Shown: positions 13,123 to 25,699 of the stretch, piece by piece
How positions within the stretch are numbered: position 1 is the first letter of the stretch
How the letters are laid out: every line of letters starts with the position of its first letter
NCBI RefSeq assembly: GCF_006345805.1
Contig: NC_043001.1
Span: 47,802,001 to 47,866,000 of the forward strand
Source of the DNA: Octopus sinensis
Taxonomy: Eukaryota
DNA length: 64,000 nucleotides
Reading direction: 5' to 3'
The notes under the pieces: model-generated
Seen by the model: the letters and a program-made list of their open reading frames with translations, nothing else
Databases searched by the model: none
What the model was told of the DNA's origin: nothing
Position numbers and translations under genes: made by a program

Positions 13123-13202
<80 letters not shown>

Positions 13203-13965
13203 GTTTATGCACTTAAAGCAATAATAAAGTAAATAATAATGTTTTCTAATTATGGTGTATGGCAATCAATTTTGAGGGTAGAGGGAAAGTTGACTACATC
13301 AACGCCAAGAGGGATGAAAGCAAAGTTTGAACACAAAAAGTAGACAACCAGAAGATATACCGTTGAGCATTTTGTTCTAGGCGCTAAAGATTTTGCCAAC
13401 TCACCGCAATTATAATGGTTTCAAATTTTGGCACAAGGCTGACAATTTTAAGGGGAGGGGATCTAGTTTTTTTTTTATTCGCAAAATATGCATTTTTTAA
13501 AAGGAAGTAAAAAATCCGAAAATCGGCTATAATAATGTAGCCTTTCAGTCTCATTGCTCTGAAGGTATGTTGTCGTCGAGATAAAAATTGGAGAATAAAG
13601 TTACAGAGGGTTAAAAATCGAAAAAAAAAAAAAAAACTGGGTATTTTTAGCCAATAGCAAGACAGAAATTTTCTGCGTTTAGCGGAGCGTTGTCAACTTT
13701 AAAGCTGTACCCTGTGAAATTTGTAGTTAAGCTTCTGACCTGTTCATTGTCGGTTTCTAAATAAACAGAAATACCTAATAAAATTAACATGTATCATCTT
13801 TACTGTTTCTTTTGTCTCTTCATTGATTGTATGTTTTTATCATTTTTTAAAATTTGTTATATTGATATATTTGTCTGCATGTGCTTACTTTATGCGTACT
13901 TCGGTATTATGTACACCTGCCATGTATTTATGTACATCATTAATATATAAGTGCATGTGTGTGCG

Positions 13966-14000
<35 letters not shown>

Positions 14001-14379
14001 TGTGTGTGTGGTGTGTGTGTGTGTGAAAAAGGGACGTCTGTCTCCAAAACTCCAAAGTTGAGTAATGTTTTCATACTTGGATTCGTAAACTACGATTAGA
14101 TTAACACTGGTCAACAAAGAATTTGTCTCAAGGAAAAGAATACTTGTATCATATGTTTTTGCATGCAGAATTAAAAAATAGTGTTAAATTATCTTTCCCT
14201 CTCAGTTTCTATTACGTGGGCTGAATTTCAGTCAGGCTGTTGAAATGTGAAGTTAACGGTTTAAGAAATACGCCTAATTTTAATTTTTATGAATAGAATT
14301 TACCTAGTGAAATCATAAATCCAGTTATCTGAGTCAATGAGTCCCAAAAATATATGAAATGAAAAAACCACCCCTAATG

Positions 14380-14717
14380 CTCAACTAGTGCTTATTTTAT
14401 CGTCCCCGAAATGATGAAAGGTAATGTTGACTTCAGCGGAATTTGAACTCAGAACTTAAAGAGCTTACAGAAATGGTGATCACCAATTTTCCAACGTGCT
14501 AACGGCTCAGCCACCTAACCAAATGATAATATTCGTTTCAAATTTTGGCTCGAGGGTAGAAATTTCGGGGAAGGGATTAAGTCAATTAGATCAACCCCAG
14601 CGTTCAACTGGTACTTATTTTATCGACCCCGAAAGAATGAAAGGCAAAGTATGAAACTCAAAGACAGACGAAATTCCGCTGAGCATTTTGCCCGGCGTGT
14701 TAACGATTCTGCCAGCT
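14380..14717 (-). mobile_element. Two adjacent SINE family B copies (tRNA head plus a Meta/Sauria-SINE-like central domain)
   Basis: tggtacttattttatcgaccccgaaagaatgaaaggcaaag..gaaattccgctgagcattttgcccggcgtgttaacgattctgccagc. The domain name is from memory. Confidence 0.8.
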
Positions 14718-14881
14718 GAGCAAAATAATAATATTGAATTTTGTTTGTATTAGGTAAAGCTAAAGGATTTGCATAATTACAATATTAGAAGGTCAAAAGC
14801 TATTTTGTTCTGCACAAACTCTGCCACCGCCGACAACAACGACAACAACAACAACAACAACAACAACAAAAACAACAATTC

Positions 14882-14950
<69 letters not shown>

Positions 14951-15084
14951 AACGAACCAGTGAGAAAATCCTTACATGATCGCTCGACCTGCCAAATCTG
15001 TCTCAAATCATATCCTACAAGTTTTGCCAGATTGTGTTACAAATAGCGGATTACACTACATTTCAGCTGTGTGTGTGATAATTC

Positions 15085-15116
<32 letters not shown>

Positions 15117-15480
15117 ATATATATATATATTATATATATGTATGTATGTATCTATGTATGTATGTATATACATTAATCTGGGCTATTATTACTTTGATGT
15201 TTAAGTTTTAAAGAGTAAAATTCCTCTATAATATATCAAATTACCAACTACACAAACTGTTAGCGACAACGCACGGCCTGTGGCTGCATCTGTGTGTGTT
15301 GAGATTCACTACGTCTGTTTCGGACGCGTTTCTTATTGATGAACTAATCAATTACATGTTGAAAAAACACACTTTCTACTGTTGATACACGGATATGCTA
15401 TTCTCGATCCTAATTTTGTGTCATTAAAATACCTCGATTCAGTTGGACCCTGCAAATATATATATATATATAATATATAT

Positions 15481-15552
<72 letters not shown>

Positions 15553-15687
15553 GTGTGTGTGTGTGTGGTGTGTGTGTGTGTGTTATAAGTCTCGTAGAAC
15601 AAAACCAGAAAAATGGAACTGAATACACTAGTATATATATATATATATATATATATATGTAAAGTATATACATATATATATATATAT

Positions 15688-15846
15688 AATGTAAAGTATA
15701 AAAGCCATCTCAATATGGCTAACCACAAAGTGGGGGTGTTACTGTAGCTTTTTAGCCCCTGGAGGCGATGATCTGGGGCTAAAAAGCTACAGTAACACCC
15801 CCACTTTGTGGTTCGCCATATTGAGATGGCTTTTATACTTTACATT
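15688..15846. repeat. Near-perfect hairpin: 72 bp arms, 15 nt spacer, 1 mismatch
   Basis: aatgtaaagtataaaagccatctcaatatggctaaccacaaagtgggggtgttactgtagctttttagcccc (15688-15759) versus 15775-15846. Confidence 0.95.
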
Positions 15847-15900
15847 GTCGAGCGGTTACTGTTTACATCTCGTTCTGAGATTTAATAATGCTTATATATA

Positions 15901-15972
<72 letters not shown>

Positions 15973-17682
15973 ATATATATATATATATATACACACATAC
16001 ATACACATATATATGTGTGTATGTATGGATGAATGAATGGATATATAACCATCATCATCACCATGAATTTCATCAACCACACAACCATCACCTCCCCCTC
16101 CCCATAACAGGCATTTCGTTCTTGAGACTAATATTGTAATAATTTCCTCATTAGATCGAATTAAAATATAATGAATGAAGTCTACATTGTTATATTTCTG
16201 TGGAGTCAGTGTTAATTATATAATTATTAATTTGTGTTAATTAGTGTGCGCTGGTGATGGGTAGCATGATTTGTGGTTTGTTTGTTGATTGGGTTGGGCG
16301 TGGAGTAACTAGAGAAAATGTTGATGATGATGCTGATGACAACGATGAGAATGATGGTGATGATGATGATGATGATGAGACGACGATGATGAGGATAATG
16401 ATGAAGAGATGCTGACAATGATGATGACGATGATGAGGAGGAGGCGCAGAAGGACGAGCAAGAGTACGATGGTGGTGGTGGTGGTGATGATGATGATGAT
16501 GACGACGACGACGACGACGATGATGGCGATAATGGTAATGACGACGGCGATGACAATGGCTACAACGATAATGATGCACGTAGTAAAATCGGACGAGTTT
16601 GTGATAGGTGGCGGTGATGTTATCAGTGTTGATGCCAGTGGTGATGTAAGAAGTGGCAGTGTTATTAGTGGTTATTATAAAACCTATATAGGCATCATCA
16701 CTAATGTTTATATAGTAGTGCTGGTATTAGTGGTTATGTCTGAATTGGTCTCTGATGGTTTTACTTCTGGTGGTGTCAGCAATGATGTTAGTGATGGTAT
16801 TGTTGTTATTCTTCTTCTTGTTGGCGGTGGTGGTAGTATGGTAGGTAGTATAATTGGTAGTGATTTTGCTAGTAGTTGTAGTCATGTTTTTGGTGATGTC
16901 GCTTCTGGAACGATTTCGTTTCGTGTAACTCTGAAATATATTGAGTTATTTTTTAACGCATTACATCTATAAAAGAATCTTTAGCGAGGTGACTACTGGA
17001 TCCTCTGCCTTTCCGACGATATACATACGTTAAGTATATAATATAGATAAATATTTACGTGTGTGTGTGTGTGTGTGTGTGTGTCTGTATGTGTCTGTGT
17101 GTATGCGTGAGTGTGCATCTCTCTCCCTCTCTCCCTCTCTCTCTCTACACACACACATATATTACAAAACACGACGACTAAGATCTGGTTTGACCATTTT
17201 TATTAGCGGTTTTTCACATTTCTTATTAGTCCTTTAGTCTTGGCTTTGGCTTTGGACAATAATGGTTTTAAATCTTGAGTCTGACATTTCGATACCTTCA
17301 CAATCTTATTTCCAAAATAAAATTCTGTAATGGCATGTATTGCAGTATGTATAGATAACACGCTGTAACAATAGTTTATCTTGAAAACAAGATTATTGAA
17401 GTCTCGAATGGATTTAAGAACGTCATTGTTCCAAATTGAATGTAAAGGATTGATAAGTAAACATGACTAGATCATTATAGAAAACAGCAAACATGAACAT
17501 AAGCGTGCTTTCAATATAACATGCTTGAAACAGAACTTGATTCCTATACAAACACCCAAAACACGCAGACGTACTTACGCGCGCGTGTACACACACATAT
17601 ACATACATGTATAAGTATATAACTATATACAGGCAGATGTGTGTATGCGTGCATATATATATATATAATACATATATATGTG

Positions 17683-17713
<31 letters not shown>

Positions 17714-17750
17714 GTGTATATATATATATATATATATGCATATATATGTG

Positions 17751-17781
<31 letters not shown>

Positions 17782-17807
17782 GTGTATATGTATATATAAT
17801 ATATATA

Positions 17808-17875
<68 letters not shown>

Positions 17876-18032
17876 AAGATCTAGGGATCGAATTGTAGGA
17901 AGGAAGTTAGCTTCGAGAATCCGTCGTGAATATAAAAAATCAACAACAAAATATCACATTCTGATTGAATCTTTGCGTCAACATGTACCACCTTGCGACA
18001 ATATAGCCTTTTAATCTCATCAAGATATCCTT

Positions 18033-18118
18033 GGCGTGAAGAGCAGCCGGCGGTATACACCTCACTCGAATTATTTTACCAGTTCTGCGGTACCACTCGC
18101 TTTGAAACATATGTAGCC
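18033..18118 (+). ncRNA. Degenerate hammerhead motif (C3>G, weak stem II)
   Basis: ggc GTGAAGA ... GAAAC atat GTA gcc, the same stem III as the motifs at 31199 and 33542. Confidence 0.4.
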
Positions 18119-18161
18119 CGGATTTCCTATACTCCATTCCGTAACTCTTGTGTTTGTGTAT

Positions 18162-18263
<102 letters not shown>

Positions 18264-18505
18264 GGAGGCGCATGGCTTAGTGGTTAGAGTGTCAGCATCA
18301 TGATCGTGGTTTGTGGTTTCGATACCTGGACCGTGCGACACGTTGTGTTCTTGAGCAAAACACTTCATTTCACGTTGCTCCAGTCCACTTAGATGGCAAA
18401 AATGAGTAACGCTGTGATGGACTAGCGACCCGTCCAGCTGCGGAACACATACGCCATAGAAACCGGGGAACCGGGCCCATGAGCCTGTCTAGGCTTTAAA
18501 AAGGG
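18264..18505 (+). mobile_element. tRNA-derived SINE with a V-SINE-like segment
   Basis: A box tggcttagtgg, B-box-like ggtttcgatacc, then gctgtgatggactagcgacccgtccag, which resembles the V domain as I recall it. Confidence 0.65.
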
Positions 18506-18529
18506 CGCATTTATTTATTATTTTTATTT

Positions 18530-18581
<52 letters not shown>

Positions 18582-18689
18582 TAGTATAAACACGGGCGCG
18601 CGAATACCTGAGTATGGAAGATATCTGTTGAGTTAGATATTTCAACCAAAGTGTTTTCGGCTTCCGTGAAATGCTACATAAAACTCAAT

Positions 18690-18890
18690 TTGGCACGAGG
18701 CCAGCAAGTTCATGGAAAGGAGATAAGTCGATTACATTGATCCCTCTGCTCAACTGGTACTTGTTTTATCGACCCAGAATGGTTAAAAGCTAAAGATGAC
18801 TTCAAGGAATTTGAACTCAGAACACAAAGACACACAAAATGCCGCTAAGCATTTTACCCGGCGTGCCAACGATTCTGCCATCTCGCCACT
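18690..18890 (-). mobile_element. SINE family B
   Basis: caactggtacttgttttatcgaccc..gaatttgaactcagaac..aatgccgctaagcattttacccggcgtgccaacgattctgcca. Confidence 0.8.
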
Positions 18891-19666
18891 TTCCATAGTT
18901 TCCTTTATATTAAGTACAAAATGCAGCTCCACCCCCGCACTATGGAAGCAAATATGTTCATGATATAATATATGTTTATGACAAAATAGTATAGTGCTGT
19001 TGATAACAAGCAACATTCAAATTCACCAGTATGTTATAAAATTCTGCCTTTGATAACCAAACCCATCCTTTTGAAATCCTTAAGCGTCATGATAATTAAT
19101 GAATGAGATTGCAAAATCATTATGCACACAAGGAAATCACTAAAACTAATCTGGAGTTAATAAGCAAAAACGACTTCTTTTGTTTCAATTCAATACCGTT
19201 GATTGCTTCCATTACGACTGCATATAATGATGAACTATACCTACCAAATCATAATGGGCCTCCGAGCCCCCAGATACAGCTGTTGGACTTATAACACTTT
19301 CTTCCCCCCCTTCGATTTTCTCTGTTGGATCTATTAATATAAATATCTATATATTTATACTTAAAAATTCATCGTCTGAAAGTCTATACTTTTTGCTTTG
19401 TCTTATTTTGCATGTATACATACATACATATATACATACACACACATATATATATATATATATAATTTCATACCCAAATTGTTATATTTAATATATCTAA
19501 TTTGTTTACCATCCATATCTGCTCAATTTGATGCCTCTTATACCCATTCTTTACCCCGTGGAATTGATCCCCTGTAAAAACATCGGAGCGTAAGTTCGAA
19601 TCATTTGAGCATTACTAAATGTTTTCTGTCCAGAGAATCTCTGGATCTCATCTGTGGACTATACAT

Positions 19667-19699
<33 letters not shown>

Positions 19700-19810
19700 A
19701 TCATTACAGAATTATTAATTAAATAAATTAATAAATTTTACCAAGTAGTTTCGCTATGGAAAAGAACCATATTCGATAAAAACTTACACAAAACGTTTTT
19801 CATACATACT

Positions 19811-20406
19811 TATAATAATAATTAAGGGTTTAGCAACAAGTTGCTTTACCACATACCGAAAATTTAGAAATAACAGCCAAAGGACTGCTATGTCTTTTTC
19901 CTACAAATTATGTCTCTACAGATAACAATATTTGTAACTCACATAGGTAAAAAGAAGAAAAATAATGAAATCAAACAGTCTTCGATTAATTGCGGATCTC
20001 TTTCTGTGGTACTATCTTCTGACGCACATGGTAAACTTGGAGAGAAATACGAATTCACTCGTCTATATAAGTTTGGATAAGCTGACTGCCTTCTGCTATG
20101 TTCTGATGGCGCTTGATCAGAAATGCAAAGGGTAAGTTCTAGCATTTTCAAATTTATAATTCTCGAAATATTATGCTGACAAAGGAAATGAATTTTTTAT
20201 AATTCTAATCCAGAAACGCGTCCATAATTAATCGAAGACTGTTTGATTTCATTATTTTTCTTCTTTTTTAGCTATGTTATATACAAATATTGTTATCTGT
20301 GGAGACATATTTTGTAGGAAAAAGAAATAGCGGTCTTTTGGCTGCTACTTCTAAATTTTCGGTATGGAGTGGAGCAACTTGTTGTTAAACCCTTAATTAT
20401 TGTTAT
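19811..20406. repeat. Fold-back: about 185 bp imperfect inverted arms (19811-19996 and 20221-20406)
   Basis: taattaagggtttagcaacaagttgc..gaaatcaaacagtcttcgattaatt mirrors aattaatcgaagactgtttgatttc..gcaacttgttgttaaacccttaatta. Confidence 0.9.
20170..20228 (+). ncRNA. Hammerhead motif with one core change (G8>A)
   Basis: Perfect 6 bp stem I attatg/cataat; CTGACAA 20176-20182; stem II gga..gaatt/aattc..tcc; GAAAC gc GTC (palindromic acgcgt); predicted cut after 20222. Confidence 0.6.
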
Positions 20407-20589
20407 AATTATATATATATATTATATATATATAATATATATATATATATATGAGTGTGTGTGTGTGTGTGTGTGTTGTGTGTGTGTGTGTTGTGTGTGT
20501 GTTTGCGTGTGTGTGTGTGTATATGTATATATATATATAATATATATATATATGTATGTATGGCATATAAACAATTGCAGCGTGGAAGG

Positions 20590-20893
20590 TGTTTATAAGC
20601 CATTTAAGAAACACAAAATCCGTTAGATTCACTTCAAAATTTAGATTTAATTTGTCAAAATATGTTCGTTGCTTTGAGACCGCGACCTGTTCACTGACAA
20701 AATTCCATTCTGCGTGGTCTTTTAAAGTGATAAAGGCATTTTTTTGGGCCAAGATCTGTAGTCTGTCTGCTATACCTAGGCTAACTACTATCTGTTTAGC
20801 CTCACAGTTAATGTTATTATTAGTGTGTGGGGAAGAGCGTCTGTATTTTTGTGTAATAGAATCAGTTAAAAGCGTATCGTAGGTGTGTCTATC
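20590..20893 (-). pseudogene. Penelope-like element ORF remnant, N-terminal side of RT
   Basis: Minus strand reads YDTLLTDSITQKYRR..INCEAKQIVVSLGIADRLQILAQKNAFITLKDH. I recognise the AFITLKDH block from Naiad/Neptune-type PLEs. Confidence 0.75.
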
Positions 20894-21234
20894 AGGTATA
20901 ATTTCTTAGTCTTATATATATATATATATACATATATATGATGGTCTCTCCTATCGGTTTTGACGTACGCAGATCCGACAACCTATACTTCCCTTGTCAG
21001 TCATAATACTTATATAGAATGTGACACTTGAGTCCCGCCTAGGATTTGCAAAGAAGCCTGCATATGTTGCTAGTATGAGGATTACAGGTCAGTGCAGGCG
21101 GTATATTTGCAGCCGCTTTTTCCCCTGGCCTTGCATCTCAAGCATGTTAATGCGCGTTGAAACACACACATACGCGCGCGCACACACATACACACATACA
21201 CGCACACACTCCTACATATACACACATATATAAC

Positions 21235-22340
21235 TTAGCACTAGGTTCGAATAGAGTGAATTATAACATATGGGGACGAGGCAAATAGAGAGACAACGAA
21301 TGATAGAACCGTAATTAATATGTTGAGTATAGAAGAAATCTGGCAAAGTAAGTTATATAAATTTAGTTTAACTAGTGTTTAATTATAATAAGTTTTATAT
21401 AAATTATAAGCTAGATGGTGTCTAGAAATAGGAATTAATGGAGGAGTGTAACGTAAGGGTCAACAAAAACAAAATATATTATAGACGTGTATGATGAAAG
21501 GTAAATATGCTAAGTTAATTAAGTGAGCTAATATCATACCTGAACTACATATTATTGGAAAATATTAGATGGCTATACAGAAGTAGTTGTTTTATTCAAT
21601 TTGGAATTGTGGTGAAATCTAAAGCTTTGGTGAATTTATGAAAGCAAGAAGAGATATGTTCGTGATGCTTGTTTAATAATTGTGCTGCAATTGAATTGAT
21701 ATTACATAAATTACGAGGTAGGTGAGGTATAGAAAAATGAATTGGAGGAGAAGGATGAAGTAAATATCCATAGAATAAAATAAAATAGAATATGATGATA
21801 GGGTAAAAAAGCATTAATTTAATTAAGTGAGCTAATGCTATATCAGTGAAAATAAAGTTTTAAATAGCTATACAGAGGCAGTTGTCTTACTGCATTTAGA
21901 TTTGTGGTAGAATTTAAATGTTTGAAAAATTTATGAACAAAAGAGTCTAATGCCTCGTGTTGTTTATTTAATAATTGTGCTGAGTTATGCGACAGTATCT
22001 GTATAGATTCCATAAAACATAACCAGCACGGAGTGTTTTAACCTTGGTATGGAGGGCCCGAGTCGATGATGTACCAATTTATGTCTTGGGGTATATTTTT
22101 TTTTCCTAATGTAGTGTATATGTTCTTCTAGCGAAGGCGATTTACCATGCATTTCATATTTAAATGAATTAAAATGAACAGAGTATTTTTGTTTAAAATT
22201 AACAGTGGTTCCAATATAAACCTTGGTAGAGTTTTGGGTTCTATTTAGTACTGAAGACTTGTAAACTACGTTAAACCTTTTGCAATGAGCTTATAGAGGA
22301 CTTTTATCCTGCTTTTTGAAATTACAATGGGAGGTATTTG
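21235..22340 (-). pseudogene. Penelope-like GIY-YIG endonuclease remnant, duplicated C-terminus and 3' UTR (pLTR)
   Basis: CNFKKQDKSPL*AHCKRFNVVYKSSV..KVYIGTTVNFKQKYSVH..(frameshift)..INWYII..PCWLCFMES..QLLNKQHE. A second QLLNKHHEHISSCFHK copy lies at about 21620-21700. Confidence 0.8.
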
Positions 22341-22359
22341 GCTAAGTAATCTTGCCGTT

Positions 22360-22705
22360 GAGGGAGAACTGGACAGGAATCACACTGAAGGTGCTACTCT
22401 ATGTAAAAGCCAGTCCAAATGGAGAAGATCCCTGACTTTATCTCCCTGCCGGGACGGATTACACAGACACTGATTCCTACACATCACGAAGTGATTAAAA
22501 TGTCTAGAGGTTAATTTAGGTCCATTAATGAGGCTCTTCACATATGAGTCATGCCATCTGTACCATTGTTATAAGCATTGATGATAGAGGGCATAAGTGT
22601 TTCCATTTCTTGATAGAAAGTAAATTCGACGTTATTGGCATTGTTAGAGGCGTTTCCTCTATTACAGTAACTAGTACAACTGTTGCTGATTATTATTATT
22701 ATTAA

Positions 22706-22765
<60 letters not shown>

Positions 22766-22963
22766 CATTATTATTATTATCATCATCTTTACTAATAGGC
22801 GTAGGAGTGGCTGTGTGGTAAGTAGCTTGCTTACCAACCACATGGTTCAGGGTTCAGTCCCACTGCGTGGCACCTTGAGCAAGTGGCCGACCAAAGCCTT
22901 GTGAGTGGATTTGGTAGACGGAAACTCAAAGAAGCCCGTCGTATATATGTATAAATATATATG

Positions 22964-23018
<55 letters not shown>

Positions 23019-23510
23019 TTGTTTGTCTGTGTTTGTCCCCCCAACATCGCTTGACAACCTTTACTGGTGTGTTTACGTCCCCGTAACTTAGTGGTTCGGC
23101 AAAAGAGACCGATAGAATAAGTACTAGGCTTACAAAGAATAAGTCCTGGGGTCGATTTGCTCCACTAAAGGCGGTGCTCCAGCATGGCCACAGTCAAATG
23201 ACTGAAGCAAGTAAAAGAGTAATATAATTGTTATTATTACTGTTGTTGAATCGTTAGCACGCCGGACAAAATGCTTAGCAGCATTTCATCCGTCTTAACG
23301 TTCTAAGTTAAAATTCCGCCGGGGTTGGAATTTCGGGGTCAAAAGTGATAATCTCCTAGAGATAAAGAGATCGAGGAGGGAGAACTGGACAGGAATCACA
23401 CTGAAGGTACTACTCTATGTAAAAGCCAGTCCAAATGGAGAAGAACCCTGACTTTATCTCTCTGCCGGGACGGATTACACAGACACTGATTCCTACACAT
23501 CACGAAGTGA
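22360..23510 (+). repeat. 135 bp direct repeat (22360-22494 and 23376-23510) enclosing (ATT)n and two SINEs
   Basis: gagggagaactggacaggaatcacactgaagg..cacatcacgaagtga occurs twice with 3 differences. Confidence 0.9.
22798..23220 (+). mobile_element. SINE family A, near full length, internal (TA)/(TG) microsatellite
   Basis: ggcgtaggagtggctgtgtggtaag..gggttcagtccc tRNA-like head; tail gtgctccagcatggccacagtc..gtaaaagagt. Confidence 0.9.
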
Positions 23511-24274
23511 AGATGAAGAGGAACAAAAGAGGCCCAAAACAATCAAAATGAAAGCACAAGAGAAAAACATCTGGATTCACACCAACACAAACATCAGACA
23601 ACAACCCCTCCAACTCAGCAACCGTTAACACAACAAAAGCTATCACCACCAGCACAACTAATACCGCCACAACCCCACCTTGCCCCCAAAAGTTTCGGAA
23701 AAACTATTAAATTCTCAGACACCGGATTTTGTGCTAGTGAGGAGAGCAAATAAAATGCTCGTGGCCCTCAGTTCGAAATAATGAGACAGAGAGTGAGGGA
23801 GCAATACATGACGTATTTATTGTCGGCCACTAAAGAACACCCATAGCTGGTTAAGGTGAAGCAACTGACAAACAAACCTGTTGTATTGAGCAGAATATTT
23901 TCTGTAGTCAATCATTTTATACCAAGACCAGACATGTACATAACACTTCCAATCAGTTAAGATCAAAAGCCATGAGAGCCAGTATAGCAGGGCATTTCAT
24001 CATCATCACCACAACCATCATCATCATCATTATTATTATTATATCTTCAAAATGATTGACGTAACTCTTTACAAAGGTAAAGTGTCAAGACGAAGAGCGC
24101 GATTCAATTGTAAGATATTTTATTAGTTGAACGATATTTCATCAGTACGTCTGTCTTTGTCAAGTTTAAAATAAGAAGTGATAAAAATTCGAAATTAACA
24201 AAGAAAGACGTACTGTTGAAATATCGTTCAACTAATAAAATATCTTACAATCGAATCTCGCTCTTCGTTTTGAC

Positions 24275-24378
<104 letters not shown>

Positions 24379-24400
24379 TATTATTATTATTATTATTATT

Positions 24401-24953
24401 GAGTGAGAGAGCAGTTCATGCCATCAAAGTGACACTGGGGTAAAATATACGAAGCCCAATATACCCATCATGACTACCCGTCTGATAAAGGTACACCAGG
24501 CACATGCATCACAACCATATGTGCGCGACATGGTGATCTCATATCAAGATAAACAGCACATGACCTTGCAGGTGGGGCCCAGTTAGAATTTTCTTCATTT
24601 TGAGTAGCCCATCCTGCTCAACGGTCCCTGAATAAGGGTTGTTTAAGGATGTTGAAAGAACCACCCATGTTTCCAGAGGTGAACTATTCAAACCCCAAAG
24701 AATCCCTCTCAACACATGGCTATGATGCTCCCCCACTACTTCTGCTCGTGATCAGAGATGCACATATCGTCAGCCACTAAGGGACATGCTCAACTGGTTA
24801 AGGTCAAACAACTGACAAGCAAATCTGTGGTATTGAGCAGAATATTTGCTGTAGCCCATCTTTTATACCAAGACAAAACAATGTACATGATAACACTTCC
24901 AATCAGTTAAGATCAGAAGCCATGAGAGCCACTGCCTGGTACTGCATCAGGGC

Positions 24954-24954
<1 letters not shown>
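24401..24954 (-). mobile_element. 555 bp non-coding element (family C) embedded in (ATT)n
   Basis: gagtgagagagcag..ggtactgcatcagggca with (ATT)n on both sides. Further copies at 25072, 27483 and 61455; partials at 23821, 28092 and 54755. Strand is inferred from the TAA-tailed truncated copy. Confidence 0.85.
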
Positions 24955-25019
<65 letters not shown>

Positions 25020-25028
25020 TACTATTAC

Positions 25029-25071
<43 letters not shown>

Positions 25072-25626
25072 GATTGAGAGAGCAGTGCATGCCATCAGAG
25101 TGACACTGGGGTAAAATATACGAAGCCCAGTATACCCACCATGACTACCCGTCTGATAAGGATACACAAGGCACATGCATCACAACCATATGCGCGTGAC
25201 ATGGTGGTCTCATATCAAGATAAACAGCGCATGACCTTCCACTTGGGGCCAAGTTAGAATTTTCTTCAAGTCGAGTAGCCCATCCTGCTCAAAAGGTCCC
25301 TGAACAAGGGTTGTTTAAGGATGTTAAACAAAACACCCATGTTTCCAAAGATGAATGATCCAAACTCGAAAGAATTCCTCTCAACACATGGCTATGGTGA
25401 ACCCCCACTACTTCTGCTCGTGATCAGAGATGCACATATCGTCAGCCACTAAGGGACATGCTCAACTAGTTAAAGTCAAACAACTGACAAGCAAATCTGT
25501 GGTATTGAGCAGAATATTTATTGTAGCCCATCTTTTATAGCAAGACAAAACAATGTACATGATAACACTTCCAATCAGTTAAGATGAGAAGCCATGAGAG
25601 CGACTGCCTGGTACTGCATCAGGGCA
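25072..25626 (-). mobile_element. Family C element, second tandem copy
   Basis: Collinear with 24401-24954 and separated from it only by (ATT)n. Confidence 0.85.
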
Positions 25627-25699
25627 TTTATTATTATTATTTTTGTTGTTGTTATTGTTATTATTATTATTATAAATATTATTATTATTATCATTATTA

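Noticed and set aside
15290-15400. Minus-strand GAAACGCGTC hammerhead half
   Set aside because: A stem II-like hairpin is present but no CTGANGA can be placed upstream; too decayed to call.
16227-16972. 187 aa ORF rich in M/T/V/G/S
   Set aside because: It overlies GAT/GAC/GGT trinucleotide runs and their decayed continuation; no domain signal.
24640-24790. Hammerhead in family C (CTGACGA and GAAAC on the minus strand)
   Set aside because: No stem I complementarity and no plausible stem II; the two motifs are about 90 nt apart.
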